Below, in pieces: positions 11,590-23,536 of a stretch of 64,000 nt of DNA. Location: the NCBI GenBank assembly GCA_951406725.2, contig OX597816.1, forward strand, positions 112,158,001-112,222,000, read 5' to 3'. The notes under the pieces are model-generated. The model was given only the letters and a program-made list of their open reading frames with translations. It did not search any database and was not told the DNA's origin. A program made the position numbers and the translations under genes. The first letter of the stretch is position 1. Each line of letters starts with the position of its first letter. The DNA is from Octopus vulgaris (taxonomy: Eukaryota).

Positions 11590-13807
11590 TTCCTTTTTAA
11601 AAAGCTGAGGCTTTATGCAAATAAAATTCAGAAGGCACTTAAAAACTTATCCTCCTTTCTTCAAATACACGGAAAGAGCCTCTCTAAAAATGAAATCGAC
11701 TATTTATTCAATTTTAAATACAGACCTAGTCTTTTCTATGGATTATCTAAAATACACAAAAATCTACATATTTATAAAGCTTGCAAAGTTTCTCCGAGCC
11801 TATGCATTAATATTCCTTCCCTTACTGACCTTAAACTGAGACCCATCATTGCTGGCCCTGCTTGTAAAACCCATCATTTGAGCAACTTCCTCAACATCTT
11901 ACTCAAACCATTTCTAAAATATGTGAAAAGCTTCATCAGGGATGACTTAGACATGCTTAACTACCTCCTGATGACAATTAATGAACGAACTGTTAGTATC
12001 ATTCGATGTGGTGAATTTGTACACCAATATCCCACACAATTATGGTATAGAACCTTCTGGCTAGAAAAATACCCAGAAGAGATCCCAGGACACATCAACC
12101 ACAGATTCATAATTGCAGCACTCAAATTCATCCTACTAAACAACTATTTCACGTGCGATACAGTTTACTATTGACAAAAATGTGGAATTGCAATGGGAAC
12201 CCGAGTTGCTCCAGTGATTGTGAACCTTGGAATGGGTTACCTAAGACTTAAAATATACCAATCATCACTACAAAAATATGGCACCTCATTTCATTGCTAT
12301 TTAAAGGAGAACTGGAAGAGGTATTTGGACGATTGCTTTATACGTTGGAAAGACAGCATGGACAAACTCCTCGATTTCAAAATAATGCTTAACAATATTG
12401 ATAGCAACGTATAATTCACCATGGAGCACAGCAGTAAACAACTCCCTTTTCTTGACATTCTAATTAAAATAGTCAATAACCACATCTAAACAGACATCTT
12501 CTATAAACCCACAGATTCTAAACAATACCTATTATTCAACTCATGCCACCCCAAACACATAAAAATTTATATACCTTATAATCTAGCAAAAAGAATCTGT
12601 ACCATAGTTTTGGACACCTATACTCATGAACAAAGACTCCTCAAAGTCAGATCAATACTAATCAAAAGACATTACCCAATATCATTAATAAATGATGGCA
12701 TTAAATGAGCTAAGAAAATAGATATACGAAAATTAACAGATGTCAACCAAAATACTACACCAGACTTAAAAATACTTCCATACATCTCCACACATAACCC
12801 TAGAAACAATGATGCCTTCAACATTATCCTCCAAAATCTACCCATCTCACAGGAGATAAAACAATGAACAACATTTTAGTCTCACACAAAATTATCAAAA
12901 GCAAAATGCAACCTAAATCATTGAAAAATTTATTAACCAGCACAAGACTATATCTATTAACAATGGAACCAAAAGTGAAAAAATGTGGTCAACTTACTGT
13001 GGTACATGCCCTCACCTTTTGGAGGGTTCAGAATTCCACTTTAGACAAGGTGAAATATTTAAGATTAAATCAAATTTCACCTGTGCTTCGGAAAATCTAA
13101 TCTATGCCATTACATGCCTAGGGTGTGGTAATCATTATATTGGCCAAAGAGAAACTTCACTCTGTCGAAGAACCACTCTCCACAAAGAACAAATCCGCCA
13201 CCCACAAAACAGACAGATTCAGGTCAGTGAACACATAGAAAGATGCGCTAGGAACCTTAACCCTAATTTCCTAATTTTCCCCTTCTATCAGTCCTCACAG
13301 AACACCTCAGTACAACAAAGAATGAATAAAGAGGCAACTTTCATCAATAAATATCTTCCGCAACTCAATATAAACACATAACTTAATACAGAAGACTACT
13401 AATCTTTCAATTAATACCACCCATACATCCCATACACCATTCACAGTACAGATCTATATCTACTCTAATTGCACCAAATCCAGAACTACTTACCTCCCTT
13501 ACACATAATCTTTTTACTCAGGGACTAATAGACCTGACACCGTTCATTAATCGGTGTGCATTCAAAGCAGTGATCGGTAATTTTACGAAACCGGTATGCT
13601 TTTGAATCTCTTTAACAATTCACAATAATGACTGTTATTACTTTTATTCCTACCTCAGTTCATCTAATTGTATATATCTATCGTTACTTTTCATAAAAAG
13701 CCTTTACTGATTTTGATTTCCAATGTGCATTTTCGCTTATTTTTCTTCTTACTTTCCCCTTACATTTCCACGTGTAGTTTCTATTTCTTTTTGTAACACA
13801 TTTCTAT

Positions 13808-13810
<3 letters not shown>
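11590..13810 (+). mobile_element. 5'-truncated, frameshifted Penelope-like element (Neptune/Naiad-type; RT, Cys linker, GIY-YIG)
   Basis: FYGLSKIHK, LKLRPIIAGP, GIAMGT, RYLDDCF, LPFLDI, KCG..CGTC, NLIYAITCLGC..YIGQ, and HHR in 3' UTR. Confidence 0.92.
13560..13607 (+). ncRNA. Minimal hammerhead motif with variant core (G3:C8)
   Basis: AAAGCA-GTGATCG-GTAA(TT)TTAC-GAAA-CCGG-TA-TGCTTT; stem I extends via ATTC/GAAT. Confidence 0.7.
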
Positions 13811-13839
<29 letters not shown>

Positions 13840-13864
13840 CACTCACATAGATAGTTACAGATCC

Positions 13865-13884
13865 GGACAGACAGACAGACAGAC

Positions 13885-13935
<51 letters not shown>

Positions 13936-13956
13936 TGGATAGATAAATAGACAGAC

Positions 13957-14035
<79 letters not shown>

Positions 14036-14065
14036 GCGAGAGAGAGAGAGAGAGAGAGAGAGAGT
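13865..14065. repeat. Compound (CAGA)/(TAGA)/(GA) microsatellite
   Basis: Directly visible. Confidence 0.95.
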
Positions 14066-14615
14066 GATTGAGAGATAGATACATCAGTACATCCAAAACT
14101 CAAAACATCTTGAGTCAATTTCTAAAATTGTTGTAAAATCTTACAAAGTCGAATTTTAATATATTCCAATAAAAATGTTGCTTTTATTGTTCAATTTGAA
14201 CAACATTTTTGCTCGTAACCCAAACCTCATGCTTTGCAACTATCATTCATAGCAAATACCTCTCCTGCTTCCTGTCTCCATCTTTAAATTTAGATTCACC
14301 TCTTTATCACTTCCGTTTACCAGTCTGGCAATTAAGACTTTGAAGAAAGGAAGGAAATATTGTTCACGTAGAGTAAGAATAAATCAAAGTAATTTCATAT
14401 GTCACTATTTTATAACTTTCACTTTTTCTTATAAATGCTTAAAACTTGTTAAAGTTATTTCACTATTTATTTATTTCAATATTTCTTATAAGTGATGGAA
14501 GGTAATTTCACTAATTTTTCAATTATCTTTCATATTTCATTTGTCTATAAGTGTTCATCTTTCTTTCAATGCAGAAGGAGACACTAGACTATATTGTCTT
14601 ACAGGTGTGTATATA

Positions 14616-14650
<35 letters not shown>

Positions 14651-14651
14651 T

Positions 14652-16130
14652 TATTGAAATGGATAAATGAATTATCTTGTTACGGATTATTCAAATTATA
14701 GCCGATACCTGGGTAGCAAAAATCACAACAGAAAAATCATGGTTGAGGTTACGACCATGGGGTTTCAAAACCGTGCCTTAGTGCGGAAATTTGAAGTTTT
14801 ATATATTTAGTTTTAACAACAGTAGTATCACGGACATTAGCAATCACAGCGTTCTCAGTGGCAGGGAGTATACAGGTGATATTCCATTAAATAGTATTGA
14901 TAATGGGGTGTACAATGTCGAAGACAGCCATAGTTCTTACAATCATCATAGTAATAAGAACGCCGTATTAATATCGGAAGCCAATCCCAATAGAATAAGG
15001 TTCTTATCTAGTAATTCCAAGATTAGAAACGTCATTTACCAATGCAGAGTTTATACTGAATCAGATGTCTACTTGTATATCGGGGCTTCATCATCGTAAT
15101 TGGCCGTCAGAATATCGAATCACTTCACAACGTTTCGCGATTTTGGAAAGCAACACGCGACCGGGCTAAGTAAATTAGTCTGGCGTTTGAAGAACGCGAA
15201 TTCAACCTTTAGACTGGAATGGTCGATTTTATCGGTGTCTGAACCGTTTGATAGAGGCAAAAGAATCTGTAATCTTTGCAACTCGGAACTTTTTCACATT
15301 TTATTCACCCGAGGGCAGCTTGTTAACTCGATTTTGCAAAATTCTTTTAGATGTCCGCACTGGAGGCGGCACACATTTCTTGCATTTCAATGAAGTCTAA
15401 GATAATTAACCCCTTGATGTCCTAAGAAAAGGAAAAAAAATTTTGTAAAAAATTTTGAATTAAATTTGTAAGGGGAAATTACTCCCCTTTTACCGTATGA
15501 ACTGCTACTTATTTAGAAATACTATCAGGGATGTATACTCCCATTGTTGACAAGCCATCTATCTATAAACTGGTCACAGACGAACACACAGACACAGGTT
15601 TTTCTTCAGCTGCTTGACCATTAATAGCTGCTATATATTTCTCCCTAGCAGCTTCCTAAACATACTGCCACACATACATAGGTGCACACACACATACATG
15701 TAGGCAATTTCTCACACCCAAACATGATAGCCCTCATTCTTAAAACAATTCGAATATTAACACTAGTCATACAGAATATATTCACACTCTTTGGTTTTCT
15801 GTAATTCTTCCCCTCCCCTATGTTAACCGGATTTTGACCTCGAATTATCTCAACGGACATTTTCGTCGGCTTACACCCAGCCCGACGTCAATGCATTTTG
15901 AGAGACAGTTTTGTGCCATTCATACCATGGGCTCCTAGAGAGCATTTGTCGAAAAGCTTGCTGTGCATTTTGTTGGAGATTTAAGTTCCTGGATTTTCCT
16001 GAAGAGAAAGCTGCAAAATGGTCTCCTTATTCAATCCGAATTAGGGACTTTGCAGCCTTTGAAACATATGTAGAAAATAATAAAAAGGAATTTTGTAGAA
16101 TCTTCGTTCAGCTCCATTTCTTTCCTCACT
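14652..16130 (+). mobile_element. Penelope-like element 3' part (second lineage) with inverted 5' tail, in (TA)n
   Basis: GIY-YIG: NVIYQCRV..YIGAS..RISNHFTTFR..LSKLVWRLK..CNLCNSE..CPH (14791-15393, one in-frame stop); HHR at 15993-16078. Confidence 0.85.
15993..16078 (+). ncRNA. Type-I hammerhead ribozyme motif, canonical core, long stem II
   Basis: ATTTTC-CTGAAGA-GAAAGCTGCAAA..TTTGCAGCCTTT-GAAA-CATATG-TA-GAAAAT. Confidence 0.85.
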
Positions 16131-16136
16131 AAATAT

Positions 16137-16170
<34 letters not shown>

Positions 16171-16934
16171 CATCATCATATATATATATATATATACCCT
16201 TTGAATCAACAGCACATGGAATTAATGACTCCACACTATCCATCTGTAATAAAATATGATCAACTATCGGACTTTACATACCATGGACGAGAAGCCTTCC
16301 TACCCATTCTACACAGCCCTTGGTTGATATTAGGAAGGGCTTCCCACTGTAGAAATCATGCCAAGGCTAACACCAAGGTTCAGCACAACCTTGCAGATCG
16401 CAAGATTCTTTGAAAACTTCTAGTCCATACAACTGGATATTAAATAAAAATTATAATACAGATCCTTCACTTCTCCCCAAAACCGATATTTTCCATATTT
16501 AACTCATTCCCTATCTCCAATCATCTGTCACGCCATTATCGACTCAATGGCACTTAGCTAGCCATGTACCTTTTGTGTTCCTTTATCCTAATCTGTAAAG
16601 AATACAGTAATATCCTCTACAGTAATACTCCTGTTTCAATCCTTCTATTATACTTTAGCATCTCAACATTAATTACAAAGCCACCCCACTCAGTATTGCA
16701 CCCCTATTCTGTCAAGAGAATTGCATTGTGAATTACTCATTGACCATATTAGTGCTGATGCAACAAGAAAAGCATCCAGTACACTCTATAAAGTAGTTGG
16801 TACAGGAAGAGAATTCAGTCTGAGAAACTATATCAAAGCGGAATTTGGAGTTCAACACAGTCTTCTGACTTGTCAACTTTTGTTGAACCATCCAGGCAAT
16901 GGCCAATATATGTCTGTATAGAATACAGACATAT

Positions 16935-17012
<78 letters not shown>

Positions 17013-17042
17013 TATGTGTATTATGTATGTATTTCATGTTTG

Positions 17043-17129
17043 GGCATATGGTTAAGAGTGCGGGCTACTAACCCCATGATATCGAGATCGATTCCAGGCA
17101 GTGACCTGAGTAATAATAAAATAATAATG

Positions 17130-17175
<46 letters not shown>

Positions 17176-17335
17176 CAACAAAATCAAAAAATACCTTAGG
17201 AATGAGAACCCAGGTGCAAAATTTCTCCCCCAAGACACCTGATGAAGGCTGGAGGTTATATCAGCCAAAACGTGTTAAGAACAAACAAGATGAGGACAAA
17301 TATCAGTCAAATGTAAATAATGTAAATAATGTATA
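17043..17335 (+). mobile_element. tRNA-headed SINE-like element carrying a degenerate hammerhead
   Basis: TGGTTAAGAGTGCGGGCTACTAACCCC..GAGATCGATTCC head, (AAT)n, then ACAC-CTGATGA-AGGCTGG..TCAGCC-AAAAC-GTGT; second tail fragment at 60346-60411 (-). Confidence 0.65.
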
Positions 17336-17398
17336 TTTCATGTTGTTTACATTCTGTAATGTTCTGTGCCCATATAGGCATATGCATGTATATATGCA

Positions 17399-17459
<61 letters not shown>

Positions 17460-17543
17460 GTATATATATATGAATATGTATATGTATATGTATATATATA
17501 TATGTAATAGATGAACATCAATGGAATTTGTATCTTTGTGGAC

Positions 17544-17987
17544 CAGTGCCGGTGGCACACAAGAAAATCATCCGAACGTGGCCGTAGCCAGTACCGCATA
17601 GACTGGCCTCCGTGCTTTGGGGACGTAACAAACACCATCCGATCGTGGCCGTCCGCCAGCCTCATCTGGCACCTGTGTCGGTGGCACATAAAAACAACAT
17701 CCGAGCGTGGCCGTCTGCCAGCCTCGTCTGGCACCTGTGTCGGTGGCACATAAAAACACCATCCGAGCGTGGCCGTTCGCCAGCCTCGTCTGGCACCTGT
17801 GTCGGTGGCACATAAAATCACCCACTACACTCTCGGAGTGGTTGGCGTTAGGAAGGGCATCCAGCTGTAGAAACACTGCCAGATCTGACTGGCCTGGTGC
17901 AGCCTTCGGGCTCCCCAGACCCCAGTTGAACCGTCCAACCCATGCTAGCATGGAAAACGGACGCTAAATGATGATGATGATGATGAT
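17544..17987 (+). mobile_element. V-domain SINE-like element with internal 62-bp tandem array
   Basis: Units start at 17633, 17695 and 17757; GGTTGGCGTTAGGAAGGGCATCCAGCTGTAGAAAC; tail CATGCTAGCATGGAAAACGGACGCTAAA(TGA)n. Confidence 0.8.
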
Positions 17988-18388
17988 GTATGTATGTATG
18001 TATGTATGTATATTATTTATATTATTATATGACTGAACACCACACATCTATTTCCAACTAAGTTTTTATCTATCTATCTATATATATATATATAGCTAAA
18101 AAAACTTTTTTGGCTGCTATTTCTAATGAGTTCAGTATGTGGCAAAGTAATTTATTTTACTAAGCTCTTTTATATAATATATATATATATACATACATAC
18201 ATAATTAAGGATAAAATCATTATAAAGATGTTATCAAATGGCCAGCAGGAACAAAAAAAAAAACATATAGGTAACAATTAATACTAATATATAATTATAC
18301 AGATAGAATTATAGTAGAGTGCTGATAAACAACTGCAACATACTAGAGATAGACATCAAATGGTACTAAAAACCACATCTTGCCATAT

Positions 18389-18810
18389 AGGCACAGGCGT
18401 GGCTCTGTAGTAAGAAGTTTCCTTCCCAACTGCATTGTTCCAGGTATAGTCTTACTGCAAGGGGCCTTGGGCAAGTCTCTTCTACTATAGTCTTGGGCTG
18501 ATGAAAGCTTTGCAATTGGATTTGGAAGACAGAAACTAAACTGAAAGAAATCAATAGAATGTGTGTGTGTGTGTGTGCATGCGTGAGTATGTGTGTGTGT
18601 ATGAGTCTTTGCATTCCTTACCATTGCTTGTCAGCTGGTGTTGGTTTATTTGCATCCCTGTAACTTTACAGTTTGGTAAAAGGGACCAATAGAATTAGAA
18701 ATAAGTTTTAAAATTATTAGTACTGGGGTCAATTCATTCAACTAAAAATTGTCGAGTCGGTGCTCCAGCATGGCTACAGCCTAATGACTGAAAAAAGTAA
18801 AAGGATAAGA
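18389..18810 (+). mobile_element. Degenerate CORE-type SINE (left arm; mirror copy 23620-24000)
   Basis: Head, CCTTGGGCAAGT and tail GGTGCTCCAGCATGGCTACAG. Confidence 0.8.
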
Positions 18811-19085
18811 GAAGGTGTGTGTTTGTGTGTGTATATGTGTGTGTGTGTATGTGTGTTGTTATTGTTGTTGTTGTTGTCATAAGCATTTATAAACTTTTAA
18901 GAGAATATGAAATAATTTGTTTTTGGAATGTTGGATCTTGAAGCAGAAAAGCTATAAATAATAATATATAAATATTGTCTTAAAATTTATTTACAAGGAA
19001 AAACCTGAAGGCTACCCTTGGAACTCAAGCCCATATCTCTAGTAAACACGACAATATTTACATGTCATTATTTATAGCTTATCAA

Positions 19086-19300
19086 GGTGGCAAGCAGGTA
19101 GAATTGTTAGCTTGCCTCTGAGCGTTTTGTTTGGCATTTCCTCCATCTTTAAATTCTGAGTTCAAATTGCACTGGTGACAACTTCCCCTTTCATCGTTTA
19201 GCGGTTGATAAATTAAGTCCCACTTGAGCACCCAGGTCGAGATAATCTACTAGGCCTCTCCCATGAAATTTCAGGCCTGGTGCCTATAGTAGAAAGAATT
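19086..19300 (+). mobile_element. Meta-domain SINE (left arm; mirror copy 23062-23278)
   Basis: TTCTGAGTTCAAATT..CCTTTCATC..GATAAATTAAGT..GCCTGGTGCCTATAGTAGAAAG. Confidence 0.75.
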
Positions 19301-19663
19301 ATTTAAATGCTTTTCTCGTTCAAGATTCATCAGTCAATAAAAAAAAATAGAAGAATTATCTCATATTCTCTTGAAGTTTATGAATTCTTATGATGTGAAC
19401 ACACAATTCTCACTGGTAATAATAATGTTTCTAAAATAAATAGAGAAACTGTAAGGATTGCTTTGATCCAATGGCTGAATGCCAGCTATATTTAAAGGGA
19501 TTCAAGACCCATGAGCAGCCTTTGACATTTTCTATCAAAGGTATTTTTAAGCCAATATTTACATGCAATTATTTATAGCTTATCTGCTCCAAATCCAATA
19601 CTCCAAAAAATAATATGCATGTGTGTTTATCTATATATCTCATACCTCCTGAATTTCTTTATA

Positions 19664-19708
<45 letters not shown>

Positions 19709-19759
19709 GTATATATACACACACACAGAAAAAGAAAATATATATATATGTATAAAATA

Positions 19760-20758
19760 ACAAAATGGGAGGAGAATTTTGATTATTCCTGCACAGTGAG
19801 ATGTAATGCAAAAACAAAATGTAACACCACACCTCATCTCAAAACACTACTGTTTATATCAACTCACAGCCCTAGACACAATGAGGCATACAACACTATT
19901 GTATAAAATCTACTTATGCTTCTTAAGGATCTAAAATTGAAGAACATTCTGAAAACATAAATTTAGCAAATGCAAAAAGCAACACAGATTGCTAAATAGA
20001 CTTCTGAAAAATGTAAAGCATTACATAAAAACCATGAAACCAGCAGTTACAAGATGTGGACGACAAAATCTGAGGAACATGCCCCCAACCTACTGGAAGA
20101 CTCAGAATTCCTGTTCAAAGAAGGAGGGAGGTTCACAATTAAAACCAAATTCACTTGTGCTTCCAAGAATCTAATTTATGTTATAACCTGTTCAGATTGT
20201 GAACATAACTATATAGGACAGACAAGTATGACACTGAGATAGAGAACCACACTACATAAGGAACAGATCTGGTTCTTGCAATACAGACAGATTCCTTTGA
20301 GTATCTACCAGTGCAAAGAAACAGTTTCTGTACAATAAAGTTTAAATAGAGACAATTTGTTCATTGGAAAATACAGAATAGTCTAAATATGAATGCATAA
20401 CCAACTTTGGTCTCAGTATATATTTTAATTCATGATCACATACTCATAATTGTACATATTTAATCTCACTACTTTAGTTTTAGTGTTTTTGTATTTATAT
20501 TTATCCCATCTCCAAAAGATGAGTAATTACCTCCCCCAGTTCCCAATAATAATGATCACCAATTACCACCCCTTAAATTTTTATACATGTTGAATCATTC
20601 ATTCACAAACATCTCTGCACAAAACATCTTCTTAAGATAATAAGAAATTACAATAATTTCAATGCCATGATTAGCAAAAGCAAAACTGGTCGACAGACAT
20701 AATACTCTTTCACTTATAAAATATATTAAAACTATGTAAACTATTTGCATTTTCCCTC

Positions 20759-20760
<2 letters not shown>
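19760..20760 (+). mobile_element. PLE 3' fragment (GIY-YIG plus pLTR), Neptune/Naiad-type
   Basis: FTIKTKFTCASKNLIYVITCSDCEHNYIGQTSMTLR, homologous to ORF 12983-13381. Confidence 0.85.
20663..20695 (+). ncRNA. Degenerate minimal hammerhead motif (core ATGATTA)
   Basis: TGCC-ATGATTA-GC(AAAA)GC-AAAA-CTGG-TC-GACA, at the same position in the PLE as the 13560 motif. Confidence 0.5.
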
Positions 20761-20804
<44 letters not shown>

Positions 20805-20808
<4 letters not shown>

Positions 20809-21107
20809 AATTGTAGCATGGAAAATGCTTTTAAGCCATTTAAAAACACACAAAAACCATCAGATTTACTTTAACATCTAAAATTAATTTGTGTCAAAAT
20901 GTTTTCGTCCCTTTGAAACCACGACCTGTTCACTGACAAAATTTCATGCCACAAGACGTTTTGTCAGTTCATGCCACCAGAAGTTTCGTTGCAATTTCAA
21001 AGCAACGAAAATAATTTGACACAAATTAAATTTATATGTTGAAGTGAATTTAGCAGTTTTTTGTGTTCTTAAATAGCTTATAAACATCTTCCATGTGGCA
21101 ATTGTTT
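20805..21107. mobile_element. Fold-back element with variant HHR motif in left arm
   Basis: About 110-bp imperfect inverted arms (AAACAATTG..CAATTGTTT), flanked by TA tracts. Confidence 0.75.
20892..20938 (-). ncRNA. Hammerhead-like motif with G3:C8 core and one extra nucleotide
   Basis: TGTCA-GTGAACA-G-GTC..GAC-GAAA-ACAT-TT-TGACA. Confidence 0.55.
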
Positions 21108-21111
21108 ATAT

Positions 21112-21345
21112 ACGTATATATTAGTATATTAGTATATAATATACTAATATATAATTATATAGATATAATTATGGTAAGGAATGCTGATAAACAACACCAA
21201 CATGATAGAGATGGATGCAAAATGGTGATAAAAACATCTTGGCATTATTTGATGTCTATCTATAGCATATTAGTGTTGTTTGTCAGCACCCTTTACTATA
21301 AATATATCTATATAATTATATATTAATATATATACTACTAATATA
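21112..21345. repeat. Second imperfect palindrome in the spacer; homologous to 18280-18380
   Basis: TATAATTATATAGATAT..GCTGATAAACAACAC vs GTGTTGTTTGTCAGCAC..ATATCTATATAATTATA. Confidence 0.75.
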
Positions 21346-21459
21346 GGATAAAATTATTTTTCAGAAAAATTTTCATCAAAAGTGGGAGAATATTAAAATA
21401 CCTTTAAAGGTTAAAATTATAAACAAGGGCAAAAGAAAAATTATTTATAAGTTATTAAT

Positions 21460-21494
<35 letters not shown>

Positions 21495-21499
<5 letters not shown>

Positions 21500-22575
21500 C
21501 AAGAAGGAATATGCACATAGTTTACATAGTTTTAATATATTTTTTTATATATTTTATAAGTGAAAGTGCATTAAGTTTGTTGGCCAGTTTCACTTTCACT
21601 CATCATGACATTAAAATTATTGTAATTTTGTATTTCATTAAGAAGATTTTAGTCCATGTTTTGCATGGAGACGTTTGTGAACAAATGATTCAACAAATAG
21701 AAAAATCTAATGGGAGGTAATTTGCAATCGTTATAATTGGGGACAGGTGAAGTAATTACTCATCTTTCAGAGAGGAGATAAATGTATATATACGAAAGCT
21801 CAAAATCTCAAGTAGTGAGATGAAATATGTACAATGATGGGTATGTGTTCATGAATTAAAATATATAGAGTGACCAAAGTTGGTTATGCATTCATATTTA
21901 GATGTGTTCTGCATTTTTCAATGAACAAATTTTCTCTGTAGAAATGTTCCTGTACAGAAATTGTTTCTTTGCACTAGTAGATGAGAAAAATTGTGAAATT
22001 TGGGTGGATATTACTTGCAAATCTCTCTATGGGTTGACTCAAAGGGACCCATCTGTATTGCAAGAACCAGATCTGTTCCTTATGTAGTGTGGTTCTCCAT
22101 CGCAGTGTCATACTTGTATTTCCTATATAATCATGTCCACAACCTGAACAGGCTATTACATAAATTAGATTCTTGGAAGCACAAGTGAATTTGGTTTTAA
22201 TTGTGAACATCGCTCCTTCTTTGAACAGGAATTCTAAGTCTTCCAGTAGGTTGGGGCATGTTTCTCAGATTTTGTCGTCCACATCTTTTAACTATTGGTT
22301 TTGTGGTTGTTCTGCAAAGCTTTGCATTTTTTTAGAAGTCTGTTTAGCAATTCATGTTGCTTTTTGCATTTGCTGAGTTTATGTGTTTTCAGAATGTTGT
22401 TCATTTTTAGATCCCTGTGAAGCATAGGTAGATTTTATACAATAGTGTTGTATGCCTCATTGTGTCTAGGGCTGTGAGTTGATATAAACAGTAGTGTTTT
22501 GAGATGAGGTGTGGTGTTACATTTTGCTTTTACATTACATCTCACCATGTGTGGATAATTGAAATTCTCCTCATC
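21495..22575 (-). mobile_element. PLE 3' fragment, mirror copy of 19760-20760
   Basis: ORF 21974-22210 FTIKTKFTCASKNLIYVIACSGCGHDYIG..LHKEQI; HHR remnant at 21578-21610. Confidence 0.85.
21578..21610 (-). ncRNA. Degenerate minimal hammerhead motif (core ATGATGA)
   Basis: TGTC-ATGATGA-GT(GAAA)GT-GAAA-CTGG-CC-AACA. Confidence 0.5.
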
Positions 22576-22623
22576 CCTATATATATATATATATATTATC
22601 TCCCTCTCAGTCTCTCTCCCTCT

Positions 22624-22673
<50 letters not shown>

Positions 22674-23494
22674 AAAATCAAGATGTATGATATATATAGA
22701 TAAACACACATATTCTTTTTTGGGATTATTAGATTTTGGAGCAGATAAGCTATAAATAATTGCATGTAAATATTGGCTTAAAAATACTTTTAATAGAAAA
22801 TGTCAAAGGCTGCTCATGGGACTTAAACTCCTGTAAATGTGGCTGGTATTCAACCATTGGATCAAAGCAATCCTTCAAATTTCTCTATTTATTTTAGAAA
22901 CATTATTATTACCAGAGAGAATTGTATGTTTGCATCATAAGAATTAATAAACTACAAGAGAATATGAGATAATTCTTTCGTGTTTATTTTAATTTCTTTC
23001 TTTCTTTATTTATTTTTTTGATTGATGGATCTTGAAGGAGAAGGAGAAAAGCATTTAAATAATCCTTTCTACAATAGGCACCAAGCCTGAAATTTTATGG
23101 AAGAGGGCTAGTCGATTATCTCGACCCAGGTGCTCAAGCAGAACTTAATTTATCAACCACAAAAAGATGAAAGGGGAAGTTGATACTAGTGAAATTTGAA
23201 CTCAAAATTTAAAGATGGAGGAAATGCCAAACAAAACGCTCAGAGGCAAGCTAACAATTCTACCTGCTTGCCACCTTGATAAGCTATAAATAATGACATG
23301 TAAATATTGTCATGTTTACCAGAGATATGGGCTTGAGTTCCAAGGGTAACCTTCAGGTTTTTCCATCTAAATAGATTTTCAAAGAATATTTATATGTTAT
23401 TATTTATAGCTTTTCTGCTTCAAGATCCAACATTCCAAAAATGAATTATTTCATATTCCCTTGAAAGTTTATAAATACTTATGATGTCAACAAG

Positions 23495-23536
<42 letters not shown>

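Noticed and set aside
12172-12174. In-frame TGA in PLE RT as possible selenocysteine (some Naiad PLEs are selenoproteins)
   Set aside because: It aligns to Arg (YRQK) in the 36340 copy, so it is CGA>TGA decay; conserved Cys positions use TGT/TGC
11455-12174. 239-aa ORF as an intact gene
   Set aside because: Chimeric read-through from a Tc1 fragment into a frameshifted PLE RT
14335-14376. ACTTTGAAGA..ACGTAGAGT hammerhead-like remnant
   Set aside because: GAAA and stem II are not recoverable
17633-17820. Regularly spaced repeats resembling a CRISPR array
   Set aside because: Contiguous tandem units without unique spacers, inside a SINE, in a eukaryotic context with no cas genes
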